From the NCBI GenBank assembly GCA_001949185.1, contig BDGG01000003.1:1811164-1875163 (forward strand): DNA of 64,000 bases, written 5' to 3'. This DNA comes from Ramazzottius varieornatus. Its lineage: Eukaryota > Animalia > Tardigrada. Shown piece by piece: positions 29,141-42,600 of this stretch. The notes under the pieces were generated by a model that was not told where the DNA came from, made no database searches, and saw only the letters and a program-made list of their open reading frames with translations. The position numbers and the translations under genes were made by a program. Position 1 is the stretch's first letter; each line of letters starts with the position of its first letter.

Positions 29141-31005
29141 ATGGCAGGCGCACCTTCGTTAAGTAATACCGTCGGACGGGATCTACTCGCTCCGAAGATT
29201 GTCCCTCACCTTGCCACGTTCTTCGACGGAACCAGCTCTCCAGGCGACACTATGGCGCTGAAAGACGGCGATGAGAAAACGCTGAACTTAGCGAGGCCCT
29301 TCGCTTCACGTAGCGCTACTGTGGTTCGTCAAGCAACCGGAAATGATAGACTGGTGGTCAAATACGTCCTGTCCAGCCTCAGTGCCTTCGTTGCTGAATT
29401 CGGTACACTTTTACCGGAGTCTTGTCTATGTTTCCAGTGGAGTAAAACATGACGAATTTTTCTGATTTTGTTTTGGAATTTTGTAGCCACTTACCCGTTG
29501 GATCTGGCAAAGACACGGCTGCAGATTCAAGGCGAGCGCGGGGTTGCAGGTCAGCGTCCATCTAAAAGCAATCAGCCTTATCGCGGATTGATAAAGACTG
29601 CCGTCGGAATAGGTGAGTGTCTGGTCGAACTATTCGGTGACAGATATCTTGAACTGGTTCGATTTGTTTTGTAGTGGAGGAAGAAGGGTTCTTCAAGCTG
29701 TGGTATGGCCTGTCACCTGCCTTAGTACGACATGCAAGTATGGTGGTATGCATTTCGAGATGATCCGAGAAAGAAAGTGCAAGGTGCAAAGCAGATTTTG
29801 TAACGTAGTATACACCGGTTCCAGGATGACGCTTTACGAGAAGGGTCGCGAGATTGTCTTTCACGCAGACTCCAAGGACTCGATTGCCTTATGGTATGTG
29901 GTACCCTCACTTCCGGTTCTTTAATGCACCGTGAAAACTTGAGCTTTTCTCTGTTGCAGGCAAGCAGTGATATTGGGAATGGGCTGCGGAGGACTAAGTC
30001 AGGTCATGGCGAACCCGACGGACGTAGTCAAAGTCATGCTTCAGATGGAGGGTCGACGTCGCCTCGAAGGAAAGGCACCTCGGTTAGGACATCACGTTTC
30101 CTGCCTGTCCTCCAAAACTTTCTTTCTGAACGGTGTGATGTGCTTTTTTGTATCAGGGTAACGGGAATGGCTCACGCGTTCAAGACTGTAGTAGCCGAGA
30201 GCGGATACCGGGGACTAATGCGCGGTTGGGCGCCCAATATGCAACGAGCTGCCTTGGTCAATCTTGGAGGTATGTTCTTCCATATTGGAGCTATGGAATA
30301 TTACAACGGTACTGTTCTTGATTTTTCAGATTTGACTGCCTATGATACGATAAAGCACGCATTTATGTTGCACACTCCGCTGAAGGACACTCCAGTAACC
30401 CATGCCTTATCCAGCCTCTTCTCCGGCATCGTTGCAGCAACCTTCGCAACCCCAGCCGGTTTGTGCTTCTGCTAGTGCGCCTTATGGCTTATGTTGTAGT
30501 CCTTATACCGTGAACACGTGCTTTAGATGTGGTGAAGACACGGATGATGAACCAACCGTTCGACGAAAAAGGAAGGTGAGAAGTCGGGTCCAACACCAAG
30601 GTTGATATGCTGTTCGATATGTAAAGGACCGGAAGTCTGGGTCTACAAGGGTTTCACTCTTTCCAGACCTCTCTTTTACAAGTCCTCGATGGAGTGCCTT
30701 TCCAAAACTATAAGAGATGAAGGTCTTCTTGCCATTTACAAGGGATTCTTCCCCGCTTGGTAATATACATCTATCCGCCAGGCTAGTTTCCTAGCGTTGG
30801 CTGCCACGGGATACTTGAACGCTTGATATTGACAGGATGCGAATGGGTCCGTGGAGCATGACGTTTTGGATGGTGGGTTGTTCGAGTATGGCCAAACTTC
30901 ATTTGGCTTATCTAAGTGAGGTTCTTGCAGGTTTACGAGCAGTTACGCCGGCTGAGCAAACCCGTAGCGGAAACACCCTTGCCACCCGAAGAGCTAAGAA
31001 AATAA
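29141..31005 (+). CDS. SLC25A27: Mitochondrial uncoupling protein 4-like carrier (SLC25 family); start may lie in an upstream exon near 29052
   Basis: Three carrier signatures TYPLDLAKTRLQIQGE, NPTDVVKVMLQMEGRRRLEGKAPR and TPADVVKTRMMNQP, plus WAPNMQRAALVNLGDL and WMRMGPWSMTFW, typical of UCP4. Confidence 0.88.
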
Positions 31006-31301
31006 CAGTTTCCTCATGTAAAGCACAATTTGTATATACAGTGTTTGTACAGTAATTATGCAGTTACCCACTTTGTTAAGGATGGTCGGATTTTGGTTAT
31101 TTGACATTGTACTGTATGTTTGGCTCCCGGTGGCGATTCATTTCCTTTCCCTCGTCTTGATTACTGTAAGAACTTCGACCAGCCGCATGCAACGTTCCTC
31201 AGACACGGTCCTTCGCCCTGTGTAGCTTGTGGTCGGTTTGCCGGCGGATTCAACACCTCTGCGAGGCCCGAGATAGTTGATGAGGGTCGATAGACGTAAT
31301 T

Positions 31302-32017
31302 TCAGTAACTGCTTGTAACCCAAGCTCGAGCCTCTATGTTGATTTCCGGAACTTCCTTGGCGGAATCAACCGAGACCATTCCCATTGCTCTCTGAAGCTC
31401 ATCCGACGCTTGGCTTTTGGCTTTTGCAGGAACTTGCGCAGTCGACGGCCAGGAGAAATGTGGACACAACGTCCCGTAGAACTTCCCTGCAACGATAAGT
31501 ACATGTGGCCCACGTCAAACCTCATTTGAAATCGTTATCTCCAGTGGCGCACCTTTTCGTTCTCCTTGGCCGGCCATGTGCGCCACTTTTGAAAACGATC
31601 ATCTTCAAGTCGTCATTTGCCGACGTCCCTATTTTGTTGCGGACAGCTGGCATTTACCTACTGCAGACACACCTTCAAATTCTTCCAGCTCCAGAAACTG
31701 GCTAAACACAATTGCACCTGTTCCTCGCTCCAGAAGTGGTAATCAACCCCTTCGACTTCCCCTTCACGAGTTACTCGACTGGTCGCCGGTGGATAAAGAA
31801 TCGTCCCGACATGCTCTCACGGATGACCGTCTGCATACGACGCCAAACTTGAGACCTGATGTCGCTGCAGACTTCCATGTGGAAAGGTCTCGTCGTGCAG
31901 GAACCTGAATAACTCAAAATCGAGCCCAAAATGGAAACCTGACGTGACGGTCGACTGCAGAGCTTCTCTTTTGTTCCATAGGTTTCTCCTCCGCTTGTAG
32001 ACAAACTGGCAGACCAT
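31302..32017 (-). pseudogene. Frameshifted MAGI-type guanylate-kinase-like fragment
   Basis: Pieces in different frames: FRFLHDETFPHGSLQ / QTVIRESM / ATSRVTREGEVEGVDYHFWSEEQ / FLELEEFE-(intron)-GKFYGT. They are collinear with the MAGUK GK motifs TTR..REGEV.GVDY.F and YEGNYYGT. Confidence 0.5.
31541..31589. repeat. Family A core in the intron of the GK-like fragment
   Basis: ccagtggcgca-N27-tgcgccacttt. Confidence 0.85.
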
Positions 32018-32320
32018 AAGGAATAAATTATGCCCTCGTACTGATCAGCGTCCAGCCAAGCACATGGTCGGTGACGAGCCGTGCGGGTCCTGACCGGACC
32101 GATTCCAGGCCAGTCGGATCCGGAAGTAAAATTTCCTCGAACTTTATTATTGTGGCTACTGACCATCAAATACCTTGCAGTCTCCCCTCCATCGTTACTG
32201 GTTAACATGCAGTACTGCATCTGACTGTGTCAAAAAACCCCACGCTTAAGTCCCAAACAGGCTGGGTACGTACGGGCTCAGCGAACCTTCTACATTCCAG
32301 GTCCGGATCCCACAATATAT

Positions 32321-33091
32321 TTACGATACTAAAAGCTTTAGTTGTTGTTCAGTAAAAAAGGTCGTGTATTCCGAGTCCCACACATTCCTCGGTACATCCA
32401 TATTCCGCATCAGGAAGCAAACCCCTCTGGTCTTTTTATACGCCGCCACATTACAGTCCGGATTGTACAGACATGCCAGACTGCAGACTTCTTCCTGGTC
32501 CACATCGAAGCGGCGTATCTTGTCGCCCCAGTAGACCTGTCCTTCCACCCGATGAAGTCCCGGTTGTTCCTCATAGATGAGTTTCCAATGTCGAGCCTGT
32601 ACCGGCCGGACGTTATCGGTCTTCTCGGAGAGCTGGTGCAGGCAACAGAACCCCGTCTTCTTCCCGGTCCCGAATGTCACCAGCTCGCACTTTGCCGCTT
32701 GTTCGCATTTCTGCCAGCACTGCGACTCGTTCAGCTGGGAGTAGCGATCACAGGAAGATTCCGCACCCTGCATCGTCCATCCGTTCAGCGTGAGGATACG
32801 AGGTGCAGTGGGGAGGAAGGCTCGTTCAATGATGGCCAAGGACTCACTGGCTGACGCTAACCATTCCGTAATGCTGATACTAAAAAAAGGAAAAGAAATA
32901 TAAATCGGTAGGGGTGGTTTCTCCCTAGGTAAGCGTACTTTCAGGTGGCAGTAGACTTACTTTTCCTCTGGTGGATGAATGGAAATATTGGAAAGAGGAT
33001 GCTGGATCTGCACGTCCAGTGGCGTAGCGTCAAGCGGGCTAGCGCAACTTAGGAGGGAGGCTATCCACAGCCCGATACGCTTTGGCAGCAT
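32321..33091 (-). CDS. Secreted protein with two PAN/apple-like modules, 2 exons
   Basis: Exon 1 MLPKRIGLWIASLLSCASPLDA... is signal-peptide-like. Exon 2 has CWQKCEQAAKCELVTF...CCL and CSLACLYNPDCNVAAY...CFLM (C-x3-C-x5-C...C pattern). Confidence 0.7.
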
Positions 33092-33187
33092 GGCTTCGCT
33101 GGTTCCCTGGCTTGAACACGGACCTCACACCGACGGCGAAGATAGAACCTGGACAGCTTTCTCCGTCCACCGGTTACCTGCCGGTAC

Positions 33188-33195
33188 TTTATATA
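33188..33195 (-). promoter_or_regulatory. Candidate TATA box of the PAN/apple gene
   Basis: TATATAAA on the minus strand about 100 bp upstream of the ATG at 33091. Confidence 0.45.
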
Positions 33196-33626
33196 CCAAG
33201 GACATGCGCTGCTTGGAATTGACGGCCGGGGGCGATACTGGCTAGGCCAGTCCAGCCTATGCATAGAGGACATTCTTTGAATGCCGCCCTGCGTTTCACC
33301 TTGATTCGCGGAATGCATAGACTGACGAGAGATAATTTATTTGTCAGTAATCGAAGGAAAGAAGAAAGAGCTAGTAAAATTCACATCAAGAAAAGTTCGA
33401 AACAGGATGGGTAAAAGACGCACCATTATAACTTACTGCAGTCTAAACGAAACTTTTCAGTACACGTATCCCCTATAAGGCTAAAATTTTATGCGCGATG
33501 TACTCGTACGAAACAAAGAAAACTACATGCAACGGCATATCTGAGGATATAACATGGTGTAACGGGTATTTCGTTTGACTGAGCTCTTTCACTAACGAGT
33601 TCCTGTACCATGTTTGAAGTAAAGTA

Positions 33627-36600
33627 TCACACAAAGCCAAAGTTCTTCGTCTTGATGGCTAAGAGCAACTTGGACCGGATGATGGGTTTGGCGGAGTACA
33701 GCGGGATGTACAACCTCGAGATGCACTACGAGCAAGAAAGAAAAGTCTGAAAATCCCATCAGTGGTTGGAAGAAGTTGCACTGCTTACAGTGTTAGCCGT
33801 GGGAAGATGGACGTCGTCGGCCGGCCGGATGGTAATGGAGGGTAAAGGCGCGAAGCCCGCCTCACTAGCTGGCATAGCTGAACTTCCGGTCCAGAAGTAC
33901 AACTGGGAAAAAGTACCACGTTACCACCAAATCGAACAAGGAAATATACCAGGGACGTCGGCGAACTACTTGAACGCGTATTTCCCAGCTGGCGCACACA
34001 TCAGCCAAAAACAATGCACCGGTGCGCCACTTGAGATAACAACCATGTTCAGTTCGTTTGCCGACGTTTCAGCTACTTCAAACCCTTACCAGTTCTTGCT
34101 TCTCATCGGGGCTGAGTTTATCCACGGTATTCCAGAACCAATGTTTGAACTTGGTTTTGTCCTGAGTCTTGTCGTTCGTTTCGTCCTGCCAGTTAGTCCA
34201 TGAAGCCAGCTGCTGGATGTCGATGGCACGATCGACACCGTTCAAGAGCAACCGGAAGTCTTCCGGCATGACGAGTTCCAGCGCGTCACTTCCGATCACT
34301 TCATGCACTCCTCGTTTCAATGCCTGCGCAAAACACAAACGCAAGAACCATCACGGAACAATCCCGCATTGTTCTCAGTATTCTCGGGCTGTCAAATACG
34401 TACATCAAGGGCTTTCTCCACCACTCGAAGCATCCTGGCTTCCGTCGCTAGCTTGACGAAGTCGTAAATGTTGTCCCGCGTTACTGCACGTTCGCGTCCA
34501 TTCGACTCGAGTTCCAACTCTTTATTACCCTGAGAGAGACAAGAACTCAGTCGTGTCCTAATTCTGGCTGCATAGAAGAAAACCCTTACTTCTTCTACGG
34601 GGACATCGATCGAGAAGTACAAGTACAGGCTCTCCAGTTCCTCATCGCTCATGCCATTCTCCACATCGACCACCATCTTCCTCAGCGTTTCGAACATGAC
34701 TGGATCGTGGAAAGCAAAGTCACTCCAGTTGACCTGCCTTCCCAGAATGTGCTTCACGGTGGCCCGCGTAAGACAGATGGGAAGAATCTCGCCTTGAAGC
34801 AAGGCCAGCCCAATCAACCTGCAAGATACAAAAGACCATCAGTCCAGTCATGTCATATTACATGACACGCTATCAGCTGGTCAGAATTACATGCCAAACG
34901 CTATGACATACAGTACATGTCATTTCAATGGAGCTTGGTGCGTCATGTCATATGATATTACATAAACGGATTATGACACGACGGCAATATTACCTTCCAA
35001 CATTCTTGAAAGCGGTCAGTCTGGCTGCCGAATTCTTCCCGGGTCGCACAGCATAGATGCCCGGTCGACCAGGTTCGTAGAAGAGCGGTTCGTCATCGTC
35101 GTTCAGCTTCTCATCGTGATTGACCCCAGTATCGCTCTCTTTCGCCGGGCTCTTGGCAGCGGGTACCTGAGCCGCTGTCGGTTGGTACGAGTAGTCTGAT
35201 GGCATTGCCAGAATACCATAGTCTGCTGAATGGTACACGGCATCTGGGCCCCGCTGGCTCACTAAGGCCTGCATGGCCATGTCGACGCGGGCTGACAACA
35301 TCTCGGGGTCCGTCAGGATTCTTTCTAGCGTGCTCATGTCCAATTGCATCAGCATTCCGGTCACCTGCAAAGAAACCATCGATGAAAATTCCACAATAAT
35401 GTCTAACAAAAACACTTTCAGTTATACATCGTGTTTGTCAAGTTAATCGCAGCATCGAAAGCCAATGCCATTATCCTTCTTCACCTGCATACACTGAACC
35501 GCACGGTTGCTGCAAAAAACAAGTTTGCAGGTTCACGCCGCGATACATTCAAGCAGAATCAAATACCTCCATACAAGTGTCAGTGCACATAATACGGTGC
35601 GCGAGTAGACCTGAGGATGGTGTGGTTTCACCACACCACACCACACCGAAAAAACCCACTCTTTTTGGTTTCGGTGTGCTTGAAACACCAAATCGAAAAA
35701 TTGGTGTCCGAGTCACACCGAATTTGCCGTTTCGGTGTCTAGGAACACCACATCACACCAAACCGAAAAACTTTTGGTGCACCAGATTTAATGAGCTCCC
35801 CTCTGAGCGATGGTTTTCGCGTGCTGGTAAGGTCGTCACCAAGCCTAGAAGTTCACTAGATAGTACGATCGTGCAAGTTTCGATGTGTTTGAAATCTTGG
35901 TAGTTTTTTGAGTTTCCTACAGCGCAGTTCGATTTGTCGATGACGGATTAATAAATTGTGAATTCGCTCTTTGAAACTTTTTTCGGTTTTTCGATTTGGT
36001 TTGGTGTGGTGTACCGAAAGAGTGGTGTCCGAACCACACCACACCGGAAAAAGTGGTGTGGCTTTCGCACCGAAAAACCAGTTTCGGTGTGGAGAAGCAC
36101 CGAACCGAAAAACACCACACCACACTTAATCACACTTTTCTCAGGTCTATGCGCGAGTATGCAGGCAGATGCCACGATGCGGATAAAGGGCGAGAAACTC
36201 GTCGTGAACCTGCATACACCTGGCCTCATGCTCATTACGACAACCGAGTATGCAGGCTGGGAAGTAGTGCAGTAGTAGCACAGTACATCTTCCGGTTTTT
36301 GAGTGAATCAACTAGATGATTACCTGCTGGACTGTGCTGGCGCTCATGCTGGGTCGAGCACTTGCAATGTTCCTCTGCACTGCTTCGGCCATCTCGGCTC
36401 GTTCCGCCGACATGGCATGGCGATGTGCGCTGCCTCCACCCGGTCGAAAGGGAGGTGCGTTCACATCAGGCCAAGTTCGGCTGGCGCGAGACTCGAGGTC
36501 CAAGACGTCGCCTTCAGAGATAGTGCGCCGACTGTGGACGCTCTCACGCATGAAGCGCAAACGAGTAGTGTCAGCTGGTGGTATCCAACGGACACGTTCG

Positions 36601-39600
36601 GTGTGAGCGTGCGAGGCTGGTGGAGGAATGACGGGAGCTGGTCGGTCCAGCTGCGGAAGCTTCTCGGTCTGAGACGACAAGGCCTAAAACAGTATCAACT
36701 GAACACAGTTCTGGAAAACCGGGACAACCAAGCCCTGACGTCGGCAAGTGAACTGAGTATCGTCACTATCCCAAGTGACGCACGTTTCTATAGGCTGAAA
36801 GTGTACCCCACTTAAGAAAACAAACGTCTTCAAGTCACAACTTACCTCTCCGATGGCCGTGAAGTAGCTTCGGGCCACGCCATTTCCCTCGCCGGGTTCA
36901 TCGCGGAAAGTCACCTTCAGTTTAGAACAGGCATGTGGACCGGGCAAGCTGCATCGCTTGTTGAAAAAGACGTTAAGCAGCGCGAATGACTCGGGTATGA
37001 GGTCTTCTCGAGGACGTGCAACCTAACAGAAGAAAAAAACAGCAGTTAGTGACCCAGTCCTCTATGAAGAGAGAGCTGGACGCACGTTGAGGACTAAATC
37101 CCGTTGTTGAGAAGTCCGTAGTCGTTCCATCTCCTTCCTGAACTTGGCTTCCCTTGTTGGGAAAGGCGCGATATCCCCGATCAACGAGGCTGGTTCGGTG
37201 CCGACGTCTTCCGAGAAGACTCGACTGAAGATGTCCAAAGTTTGGCGCCATCGACCAAGCACCAAATCTTGAGAGATGAGCGCTCCAAGAATCTTCCGCC
37301 TATACCAATAAACAATCAGTCAGTCGAGCAAGGCTGGCGAACGACAAGTGAAAGATCGTTGTATCAAGTGGCGCATTTTTTCATTGTAATTACCAGGTAG
37401 TATGCGCCACTTAAGATAACGATCTTGTAGGTTTCCTCTGCCTCCAAAATATTCTCGAAAACTCGGAATAACATTCCAAAATTGAGCAAGATTTTACTAG
37501 TTATGATAGTCTGATTGAGGCTTTAGCTTACCTTGGTGAGACTCGATTAGCATCGACTGATCGATCATCCGCCGATTGCGCGCTCGTGCCTTCTTCGGCG
37601 TTGTACTCATCGTCCGAGTCCGTCCCCGGAGTCCACAAGCGACTATCTTCCTGTCGGTTGGTTAACGATAACCGAACAGGTGGACTCTTGAAACTAGCCG
37701 GACTGCCACTAGGGATCTCCGAGGAGTAATCCACCAGCTTAGCACCGAAGAGCTCTTCGCGCCTTACGCTGGGTATCAGGAGCTGTGGTCGATCAGCTAA
37801 AGGCAGACTTTCTGTCAGAGACCTTTGAAAGGGGTCGGGTTGTGAGCTACCCAAGTAGCACATCGACCGAGATCGACGGAAGAACGGGTGTGTTCGAGTG
37901 GCCTCCACGGGCCGCGAGGATCTTTCGGAGTCCGTAAGTTTCGCCGGCGAACCCAACTGCAATAATAAAGATTACTCTTCAAATTCACGTGATGTGTAAA
38001 CAGCTTTATAAGGTTCAAGTCATAACTTCGGTAAAAACGTCGAAAAAATCATTTTTCCAAGTGGCGCACGCTGTCGGCGAATAACAATCTAAACTGTGCC
38101 ACTTGGAAATAGCGTTACGAATTTGTCTGCAAAGCTCGTATCTGCTATTTGTTTGATAGATATCTTGTTTTATTGATCGAGGATGAATGTTACGAAATTA
38201 ATTGGCGAAAACGAAACAATTTCGAATGCAGAATTCTTTTAAGGAGTCTCACAGTAGGGAAGTCTTTGGCGAGGCTTTCCATGCCTTCCTTGACGCGGTC
38301 TTGCCACGTCACTGAGGTGGACTTTGCTCGATCTCTGGCTTCTTTCTTCAGGTCCAGCAGGATCGAAGCGTCGGTGGTCACGCGGACATAGTTGATCAGA
38401 GCGTCGAAGATGTAAGCCACGTGTTTCAGAGCTGAGACGTCGACAACCGGAAGCGAGTCACCGTGCTCCGAGTTGTGCGAACGCATCAACGAGAGGGCGT
38501 AGTTCAGGAAATCAGAACGAGCAGGCGCTGAACCATCTACAATAATCATAACCATAAGTACTTGCTCCGATTTAATGCACAATATCTGTTATTATTTATT
38601 CATCTATGGATTTTCCTAGGACTAGATTTATCTTTTGAAAATCCTCGAAAGTAAATCCTAAATTAGTCGGAGTCTTTGAAAGAAAAGAACTTACCTCTGG
38701 TTGTTCGTCGCTGAGAAGGTAAGTGCAAAGAATGCGAGCTTCGCAGCAGCATTTCCTCGTCGTGATCGCGAGAAGAGGCAATCGACCGATCACGTTGCGG
38801 GTGGGCCGTCACCACGTCGCTCGAATGGTACAACGCGTACCCGAACCTCAGCTGGGCTTCCGTTGAATCAAGGATGTTGCAGACCCAGCTCCAGGTTCTT
38901 TTCAAACTTTCGTCCACAAAGTTCTGGAACAAAATGACGAAGTAATTTTAGTAATCGTTCAGCGAAATTTCAACAGCTACCTACATACAGCGACCTTTAG
39001 GCATACTGCGATCTACATGAATGCAGGTACTCGTACTTGCAACAGTAGCAACGAATTAATTCTTCAATGGTTTCAAGACCAGGTAGCCTACCTCAAGTCG
39101 ATCCATCTTGCTGCTTTCAATCTGAGATACATCAGTATCTTCAGAACGAACTGAAGGGTCTCGAAGTTCAGCCATCAGCTCCGCCACCTCTCGAATGATG
39201 ATACCGTAAGACCTAGCCAGGTTGGAGAAGGTGGTGTTGAAGGAAGTACTGCTTGAAGAACTTCCTTCGACCTTGCGGACTGCCCCGGAGGTGTCGACAT
39301 ACACATAACTCCCTCCTCCTGAAAGACAACCAACCAGTTCAGAAACTTTTCAGCTTCGTTGTGTAATTTCAATTCGGGAGCCCAATAACCAAGGGCGTCG
39401 ACAAGATTGTTCTCCAAAGTGGCGCACATATTCAGTGTTACTGGCCGGAAACGCGCGCCACTTGTAAAAACTATCCCGCCGAGCTCGCATTCATCCATCA
39501 AGTCTTACTTGACGAAGCCAATGGATGGCCGCCAAACAAGTCGCGAGAAGACCGTGGAGCATTTCGAGAGGTGGACGACTGGGCTGCCCACTGGATACCA

Positions 39601-42600
39601 GGTGGTAGAGTAACACCAGTAGAGGCACGCGCTGGGTAGATGGAGGACATGGAGGGAATGCCATGACGGAAGAGCCCGCCACCGCGACCTGCGTCCATGA
39701 ACATTGGATACAAGTGCTCGTCCTCCCCATCGATCGAGTTACTCTGTCAGCAAAGCATAAACCATCATCAACCTTACGAATACTCAAAGCTGAACAGTTT
39801 AGAAGATCTTACGCCATCGTCCATATCAACTTCTTCACTTTCGGCCTCGTCTTCTTCTTCGTCGTCCTCTTCTTCGTGAGTTCCCGTTGATGAATGTTCA
39901 GAATCCGAGTGGTTGTCTTCGGAGAAGGTTTCATGAGCCACGCCTGTAAAGACGGAACCTTTTAAGCTATGTAGCGTGTTGAAAAGGAGAAACAACATTG
40001 ATACTCACTGTCGGGATCTCGGTCGTGGGTGTCCGCGTCTCGTAAGGCAGAGTCGCCAAACCTAGGCATGTTACCATTCTCCGAGTCTGTACCGTCCGAG
40101 TCGGGATCTTCCTCGATGTCCATGTCACTCATGTTCGCCAGAACATCCATCTCATGCAACGGCTGGCCATGAGGCGGCGAAGGTATCGAGAAGATGGAAG
40201 AGGGCTCGTTGGCGGCCGAAGCGTTGAAGACTGGTGGCGTACGAACTCGAATGGTACCGGTGGTGCTCGCGCGATCACTCAGTCTCCTGTCCGAACTCTG
40301 AAAGATAACGCGAATCTAAACATTCGGGCGAAAAAATATTGTATCAGCTTAAACTTACATCTGGCGGAATGACGATGTCAAATTCATCTTCAAAAGGGAT
40401 GGCGTGGACAGCGTCCATGTCGGCATCCCTTCCCTGGCTGCTGGGTACGGACATCAGCGGTTCCCTGCGTCCTCTTGCTCGGCGTCGTTCAGCTAAAGGT
40501 TCCACGTTAAAGACCTCATCGCTCGCTCTTTGGCTTGTATGGTCAGCTACAGCGTTGGAGGTAGAAAAGTTGGCGCCGGGCCGAGCTACTCCAAGACGCA
40601 CCGGAGCTATCAGAGCTTCTGCGGCTTCGCAGAGCTCTACCACTGAAGACATGGGTAGCCGTCGGAAAACATCACGAATCTTCTGTACTGGCTTCGGAAT
40701 CGGCAGGGATACACTGCAAATATTCGTGATGTCACTGACGTTCATCTGGAAGGTCGACCAACAAAGTTTACAGTCTTTCGTCCACCTCATACACAAACAC
40801 CAATGTTAAGTGCCTAAACACGGTATGCAAGTGTGTGCAAGATAGGCAGACTGTACACTTTGCACACACTTGCATACACCATATCGTTCATATCCTACGA
40901 CCTTCAGTATGCAGGTCTATGCAAAAGTGTACTTGCCGGTCTTTGGCATTTCACTGGCTTTTGAAAGAAGAAATCCATGACGACAAAGCACTACGTACGA
41001 TTTATTTTTGGTGTTGACACTGAGAGAAGTTTCCGCCGTTAGGACGACGAAGACTCGGACGATGGAGCGGATGAACCTGCTGGTCATTTCTTGCGCTTCA
41101 ATGCTAACATCCTGGCCTTCGCACAGGTCGCCAGCTGCGGATCGAACCGTGTTAACGAAGACATCGATATGCTCGGCCTTACACTTCGTCAAGAGGATGT
41201 GGATGAAGCGGTCCAGCAGCGCTGTCCCACTTTGGTAGCTGAGGTGAAACTGGTCTTCTTGTACTGCCGTCGAGAAGGTGGCCAGGCGAGGGTTGGGATA
41301 CCCCGTCATCAGAGTAGTCTTCAGGGCGTCGTAGTTGCCCAGAAGTAGCGTCAGAGCTAGCTGACAGAATCTAGGCGGGTTCAACACTGCAAGAAACGCA
41401 AGCTAAATTACACACAAAATTCAAAGTTTCATTGCATGTTATATTTTACGGTCTTGACGATCTTCTCCTCGGCCAGATTTCAAGAAGCGCTGCTCTCCAA
41501 GCTGACGGCCAACGGTGTAGACCAAGTACTGTAGCAAGTACTCTCCCCTGCAAAAAAGACACATCTGAACTCAGTTCCGGCTGATATACGTTCATCAGAA
41601 AGTTGGAGCAGTTTCCGTACTTGCTGTTCGGTCGGACGACCAAGTCAGTGGACATGCTGGCCAATTTGGTGAATAGCTCCAGCCGGAAGTTCTCATCTCC
41701 AGAGACCAGGCTCTGGCACTTGCATTTCTCCCAACAGTCACAGTACGCTGTCGGAGATGACCTCTTGATTTTACAATCGTGGCCGCGATGACAAGTTCGC
41801 GCACATTCGGTACAGCAACACAAGGTCCCGGTCAGACCACAAGTCCGACATTCCCAAACGTCCTGCTGGATGTGACCTGCAAATAAATTTACAATTACTT
41901 CAATCAATTAATTTACTCTTTTTTAAAATCTGGAGTTTTGCTGAACTAGTCTGTTCGAAAAGCAAGAACGTCGACAAGATCGTCTCTTCAAGTGGCGCGC
42001 ACTTCCGGCCAGTACGATTGTAAACGAGCGCCACTTGGGAAAAACGATCTTGCGAGTTCTTTTCCATCTGAAAACCACGGTTGAATCTTGCTTACGTGCA
42101 CCCGTCCACGTATAAGTGCAGACGTCGTTCAAGCACAGCAGGAACAACGGTGAGTCGTCTGGATTGGACCCAGCAGGGTACAGAATGTCCAAGACGAGCG
42201 AGTCGACCGTTCGAGCGTTGACTGAAGCTTGCTTCCCGGTAGTCAGCTCGGGATAAGACTCTTTGATGGCAGCGAAGGTGGCGTCTAGAAGAACCAGTGC
42301 TGCTTCGTACGAACGAATCAACACTGCGTACATGAAGGGCGTCATGCTCATACAGTTCCTGAAAAAGAAATCTCGTCAATCGATCCTTTTCAGCTTCGGT
42401 CGAAATACAGCTGGAATGTCAACCTTGGTACTTGGGAGCTCGGCAAAGAAACTCGACAAGACTGTTTTCCACAAGTGGCGCACGCTTTCGGTACTATGGC
42501 TGGAGAACTGCACCACCTTGCTGAGTATATTTGCCGAGCTCCTGTTTCATCTAATTTCCTAAAATCGTTTCTTACTTTCCAGCCATTAGTTCAAGAAGGA

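Noticed and set aside
35483-36257. Family B repeat/30-bp-spacer arrays as a CRISPR array
   Set aside because: Eukaryotic intron context, 10-bp inverted rather than direct repeats, only 2-3 units, and no cas genes in the window.
35577-36319. Several overlapping ORFs in the UBR5 intron
   Set aside because: They arise from the subterminal repeats of the hAT MITE and show no protein motifs.
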